Shown piece by piece: positions 60,794 through 64,000 of a DNA stretch of 64,000 bases. Position numbers and translations under genes: made by a program. The stretch covers positions 5,690-69,689 of the forward strand of contig CACFSO010000004.1 of the NCBI GenBank assembly GCA_902568975.1, given 5' to 3'. This stretch comes from an uncultured Pelagibacteraceae bacterium. GTDB taxonomy: Bacteria > Pseudomonadota > Alphaproteobacteria > Pelagibacterales > Pelagibacteraceae. A model generated the notes under the pieces. It was given only the letters and a program-made list of their open reading frames with translations. It was not told where the DNA came from and searched no databases. Numbering within the stretch: the stretch's first letter is position 1; each line of letters begins with the position of its first letter.

Positions 60794-61287
60794 CCGAAAA
60801 AATAATAAAACCAATACCTATTACAAAGGAAAATTTTGCTAAATATGGAGATATGATTTCAACGAAGGATATAAAGCCTTTAGAAATAAATAATGGATAT
60901 GCAAAAAGATATGACGGTATAGCTAATTTAAACACATCTAAAGATAATGGTGAAACTACAATTAGTATCTTTTCTGCTTTAAAAAGAAGTTTTCCAATGA
61001 AGATTGATATGATGGAAAAACACCCTTTAGGAAGTCAAGCATTCATACCAATGAAAGAAACTACTTTTTTAGTATTTGTAGCACCTAAAGAAGAAAAGCT
61101 GGATTTAAATAAAATTGAAGCTTTCATAATCCCGCCTGGCATAGGAGTAAATTACAATCCTGGAACTTGGCATTTCCCATTAATATCTACTGAAGATATG
61201 AATTTTCTGGTAGTTGATAGAAAAGGTGAGGGAAATAATCTTATAATAAAAAATTTAGAAGAAGAGAATATCTTATTAAAATACTAA
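60790..61287 (+). CDS. allA: Ureidoglycolate lyase
   Basis: T.E.FA.YGD, MEKHPLGSQAFIP, GVNY..GTWH.PL, F.VVDR. Confidence 0.92.
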   Translation: MTEKIIKPIPITKENFAKYGDMISTKDIKPLEINNGYAKRYDGIANLNTSKDNGETTISIFSALKRSFPMKIDMMEKHPLGSQAFIPMKETTFLVFVAPKEEKLDLNKIEAFIIPPGIGVNYNPGTWHFPLISTEDMNFLVVDRKGEGNNLIIKNLEEENILLKY

Positions 61288-62594
61288 TTTATATTTTGAA
61301 TCATTTGTTGAGGCAACCAAAGACTAATTTCAGGAAAAAGAATTATTAGAATAACAGCAAAAATCATTAACAAAAATAATGGAAAAGCACTTCTGGCTAT
61401 AAATCCCATATCCTTATTAGCCATACCTTGTAAAACAAACAAATTAAATCCAACAGGAGGAGTAATTTGAGCCATTTCTACTACTATAACTAAAAATATT
61501 CCAAACCAAATCATATCAAATCCTGCCTGTCTAATCATTGGCTCTATTATCGCCATTGTTAAAACTACGGCTGATATTCCATCCAAAAACATTCCAAGGA
61601 TTATGTAAAAAATTGTTAATACAAATATTAATAGATAGGGTGAAAGATTCATTTCTTGTATCCAAATAGCTAGATTTCTAGGTAGTCCAGTAAAACCCAT
61701 TGCAAGAGATAAAAAAGATGATCCAGCAAGAATGAAAGCAATCATACAAGAAGTTTTTGTTGCACCTAATAAAGATTGTTTGAACGTTTCTTTGTTTAGA
61801 CTTTTTTGAAAAAATGATAATAGTAAGGCCCCTACAACTCCTAGCGATGCAGCTTCTGTTGCAGTGGCTATTCCTGTATATATTGATCCAATAACTGCTG
61901 ATATCAAAATAATAACAGGCATTAACTGCTTTAAACCTTTAAGTTTGTCGGAAAAAGAAAATTTTTCATTTATTAATGGCATTTTTTTTTTATTAAGAAT
62001 TGACCAAACAATTACATAAAACATAAAAATTGCTGCAATCATTAAACCTGGAATAATTCCTGCAATAAATAATTTAGCAATAGATTCTTGAACTGTAACT
62101 CCATAAATAATTAAAATTATTGATGGTGGTATTAATAAACCTAATGTTCCTGAACCGGCTAAACTTCCCAGTAAAATTTTTTCAGGATATTTTCTCTTTC
62201 TAAGTTCTGGAATTGACATTTTGCCTACTGTAGCTACTGTAGCAGCAGAAGATCCTGATATTGCGGCAAATAAAGCACAACCAACAACATTTACATGTAT
62301 TAAACCTCCAGGTAATTTAGACATCCATGGTGATAAGCCTTTGAATAAATTTTCAGAAAGTTTTGTTCTAAATAAAATTTCTCCCATCCAAACAAATAAA
62401 GGTAATGCGGTAAGAGTCCATGATGAAGATGTTCCCCAAATAGTTGTTGCCATAGCATCACCAACTGGCCTAGATGTGAATAGTATCATTCCTACAAATG
62501 ATACGCCCAACATGCTTATTGCTACCCATATACCTGAACCTAAAAAAATGAGTAAGATTGTTATAAAGAAAATTATTAAAAAAAGCTCAGGCAT
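61284..62594 (-). CDS. dctM: TRAP transporter large permease
   Basis: L.ALPLF..MG, FAAISGSS.AT, GTLGLLIPPSI, ITPPVG.NLFV. Confidence 0.95.
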   Translation of the reverse strand: MPELFLIIFFITILLIFLGSGIWVAISMLGVSFVGMILFTSRPVGDAMATTIWGTSSSWTLTALPLFVWMGEILFRTKLSENLFKGLSPWMSKLPGGLIHVNVVGCALFAAISGSSAATVATVGKMSIPELRKRKYPEKILLGSLAGSGTLGLLIPPSIILIIYGVTVQESIAKLFIAGIIPGLMIAAIFMFYVIVWSILNKKKMPLINEKFSFSDKLKGLKQLMPVIILISAVIGSIYTGIATATEAASLGVVGALLLSFFQKSLNKETFKQSLLGATKTSCMIAFILAGSSFLSLAMGFTGLPRNLAIWIQEMNLSPYLLIFVLTIFYIILGMFLDGISAVVLTMAIIEPMIRQAGFDMIWFGIFLVIVVEMAQITPPVGFNLFVLQGMANKDMGFIARSAFPLFLLMIFAVILIILFPEISLWLPQQMIQNIN

Positions 62595-63085
62595 TAAAAT
62601 TTCCTTTTTTTTGTTATTAACAGAATTAAATTATGAAAAACACAAATGAAAAATATTGTAGATCCAAATGCAACAGTTAATTGAGGTATCCAAATATAAA
62701 TTTCATCTGCACCTTCGCTTCTTTCTCCAAATTTTATTGAAATAATTAACATTTTAATAAAATAATACGAAAGCAATCCCGAAAAGAATGTTGCTATTGT
62801 AAAGCACCAGATTTCCAAAATTTTTCTAAATTTATTTTTTGTCTTTTCTAAAAATAAAGTTATTCTTATGTGACCTTTTTCCCCAAATGTATATGCTAAT
62901 GCTAAAAAAGAAGAAGCTGCCATACTATATCCAGAATATTCAGCAAGACCTCTTACATAAAAACCAAAAATTCTAGATGCAATACCTGTTAATATAAACA
63001 AAGCAACTAAAATTAAAAAAAAAGCAGCGATGTATCCTGTAAATTTATAAAAATTTTTTAAAAATTTATCAATTTTACAAAACAT
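62594..63085 (-). CDS. dctQ: TRAP transporter small permease
   Basis: 4 TM; E.SGY…FLALAY…GHIR. Confidence 0.9.
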   Translation of the reverse strand: MFCKIDKFLKNFYKFTGYIAAFFLILVALFILTGIASRIFGFYVRGLAEYSGYSMAASSFLALAYTFGEKGHIRITLFLEKTKNKFRKILEIWCFTIATFFSGLLSYYFIKMLIISIKFGERSEGADEIYIWIPQLTVAFGSTIFFICVFHNLILLITKKRKF

Positions 63086-63120
63086 AAAAAAAAGGCCATA
63101 TTTATTATACGGCCTTTTTT
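63086..63120 (-). terminator. Intrinsic terminator or stabilising hairpin between dctP and dctQ
   Basis: Minus-strand RNA AAAAAAGGCCGUAU-AAUAA-AUAUGGCC-UUUUUUUU, immediately before the dctQ AUG. Confidence 0.75.
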
Positions 63121-63132
63121 AAAATAAGTCTT

Positions 63133-63999
63133 TTATTTGTAGGCTTTTAAAACTGAAGCACCACGTGAGCCTGCTCTATCAGCCCATTCTTTAGCCATTG
63201 TCGCTCCTACAGACTGAAAATGCTTTTGTAATTCTGCATTAACCTTGCCAACTACCATGCCAGCATCTGCTAATGCTTTCTTGTCAGCAACATTGCCTCT
63301 TTTGGATAATTCCCATCCTTTTCGTTCTGCTAAAGCTGCTTCTTTCATTACAAGATTTTGTAAATCCTTATCTAACTTATTCCAGGCATCTTTATTTACA
63401 ATAATCATATTTTTTGGAAACCAAGCTGCTATATCATAAAAATATTTTACTCCGTTTTCCCAAATTTTCGAATTCTTTCCAGTGGTTGGCGAAGTAATCA
63501 TACTTTCTACAGCACCTGTTGAAAAAGCTTGGCTAATTTCGGCAGCTTCAATTTTTGTTGGAGCCATTCCAGTTAACTCTGCAATCCTTATTGTTGCTGA
63601 ATTGTATGCTCTAAATTTTAAACCTTTTAAATCAGAGACAGAATTTATTTCTTTTTTACTGTATAAACCTTGAGCTGGCCAAGGAACAGCATATAAAAAT
63701 ACAAGTCCTTTTTCATCAAGACCTTTTACAATATCTGGTTTTGATGCTTTATATAATTTCATAGCATCAGAATAAGTCGTAGCAAGGAATGGTTGTGAAT
63801 CTATTTCAAGCAATGGATCTTCTTTTCCCAATGCTGACATAAATCTTTCACCAATAGGTGCTTGACCTGTTCTAACTGCTCTAAAAATTTCACCACCCTT
63901 ATATAATGATCCTCCTGGGTGTGTAAAAATAGTAAGTCTTCCATTACTTTTAATAGTAACATTTTTTGCAAACTCAGTTGCATTTGCTGAATGGAAATT
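63133..63999 (-). CDS. dctP: TRAP substrate-binding protein (DctP6/7-like); 5' end outside window
   Basis: Frame is open to the window edge: NFHSAN…HPGGSLYK…PFLAT…YAVPWPAQGLYS…GLKFRAY…AWFPKN. Confidence 0.92.
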   Translation of the reverse strand, partial: NFHSANATEFAKNVTIKSNGRLTIFTHPGGSLYKGGEIFRAVRTGQAPIGERFMSALGKEDPLLEIDSQPFLATTYSDAMKLYKASKPDIVKGLDEKGLVFLYAVPWPAQGLYSKKEINSVSDLKGLKFRAYNSATIRIAELTGMAPTKIEAAEISQAFSTGAVESMITSPTTGKNSKIWENGVKYFYDIAAWFPKNMIIVNKDAWNKLDKDLQNLVMKEAALAERKGWELSKRGNVADKKALADAGMVVGKVNAELQKHFQSVGATMAKEWADRAGSRGASVLKAYK

Positions 64000-64000
64000 T

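Noticed and set aside
2100-63673. Numerous short antisense or alternate-frame ORFs in the track (e.g. 2100-2348, 4042-4230, 7339-7632, 11633-11866, 22136-22426, 35478-35678, 55532-55753, 62221-62649)
   Set aside because: They lie within or largely overlap well-supported genes and show no recognisable motifs; shadow ORFs
63801-63983. 60-aa ORF suggesting a frameshift in dctP
   Set aside because: The dctP frame itself is open to the window edge; this ORF is an alternative-frame shadow

Overview
Very AT-rich, gene-dense alphaproteobacterial DNA with overlapping genes and minimal intergenic space. Gene content and streamlining point to Pelagibacterales (SAR11); this is an inference. Bases 1-34.3 kb are mostly core housekeeping genes: rne, thiGS, aroQ-accBC, aspS, purMN, ndk, pepA, lptFGD-surA-pdxA-rsmA, gmk, fabDG-acpP, rpsF-rpsR-rplI, dnaB, cvpA-purF. 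The most unusual element is a ~2.1 kb islet at 34.33-36.52 kb. It holds two diverged, secreted polysaccharide-lyase-like genes delimited by three copies of a 34-bp repeat. The repeat encodes the start of the signal peptide (MKKLLGIVVLG) and, in copies 2 and 3, also supplies the stop codon of the gene before it; the third copy is an empty stub. The islet is bracketed by a duplicated 5' end of a host gene and by 10-bp-period microrepeats, which resembles a recombinase-less gene-cassette array. Downstream are an AGAT-like amidinotransferase, a Mo-formate dehydrogenase cluster, an Fe-S-less (6-4) photolyase with furan-fatty-acid-type genes, and pxpABC plus allantoin catabolism plus a DctP6/7-like TRAP transporter. 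accC is split by a 1-nt homopolymer frameshift. No tRNA, rRNA, CRISPR array, transposase or integrase was seen. All assignments come from motif recognition, without database searches.
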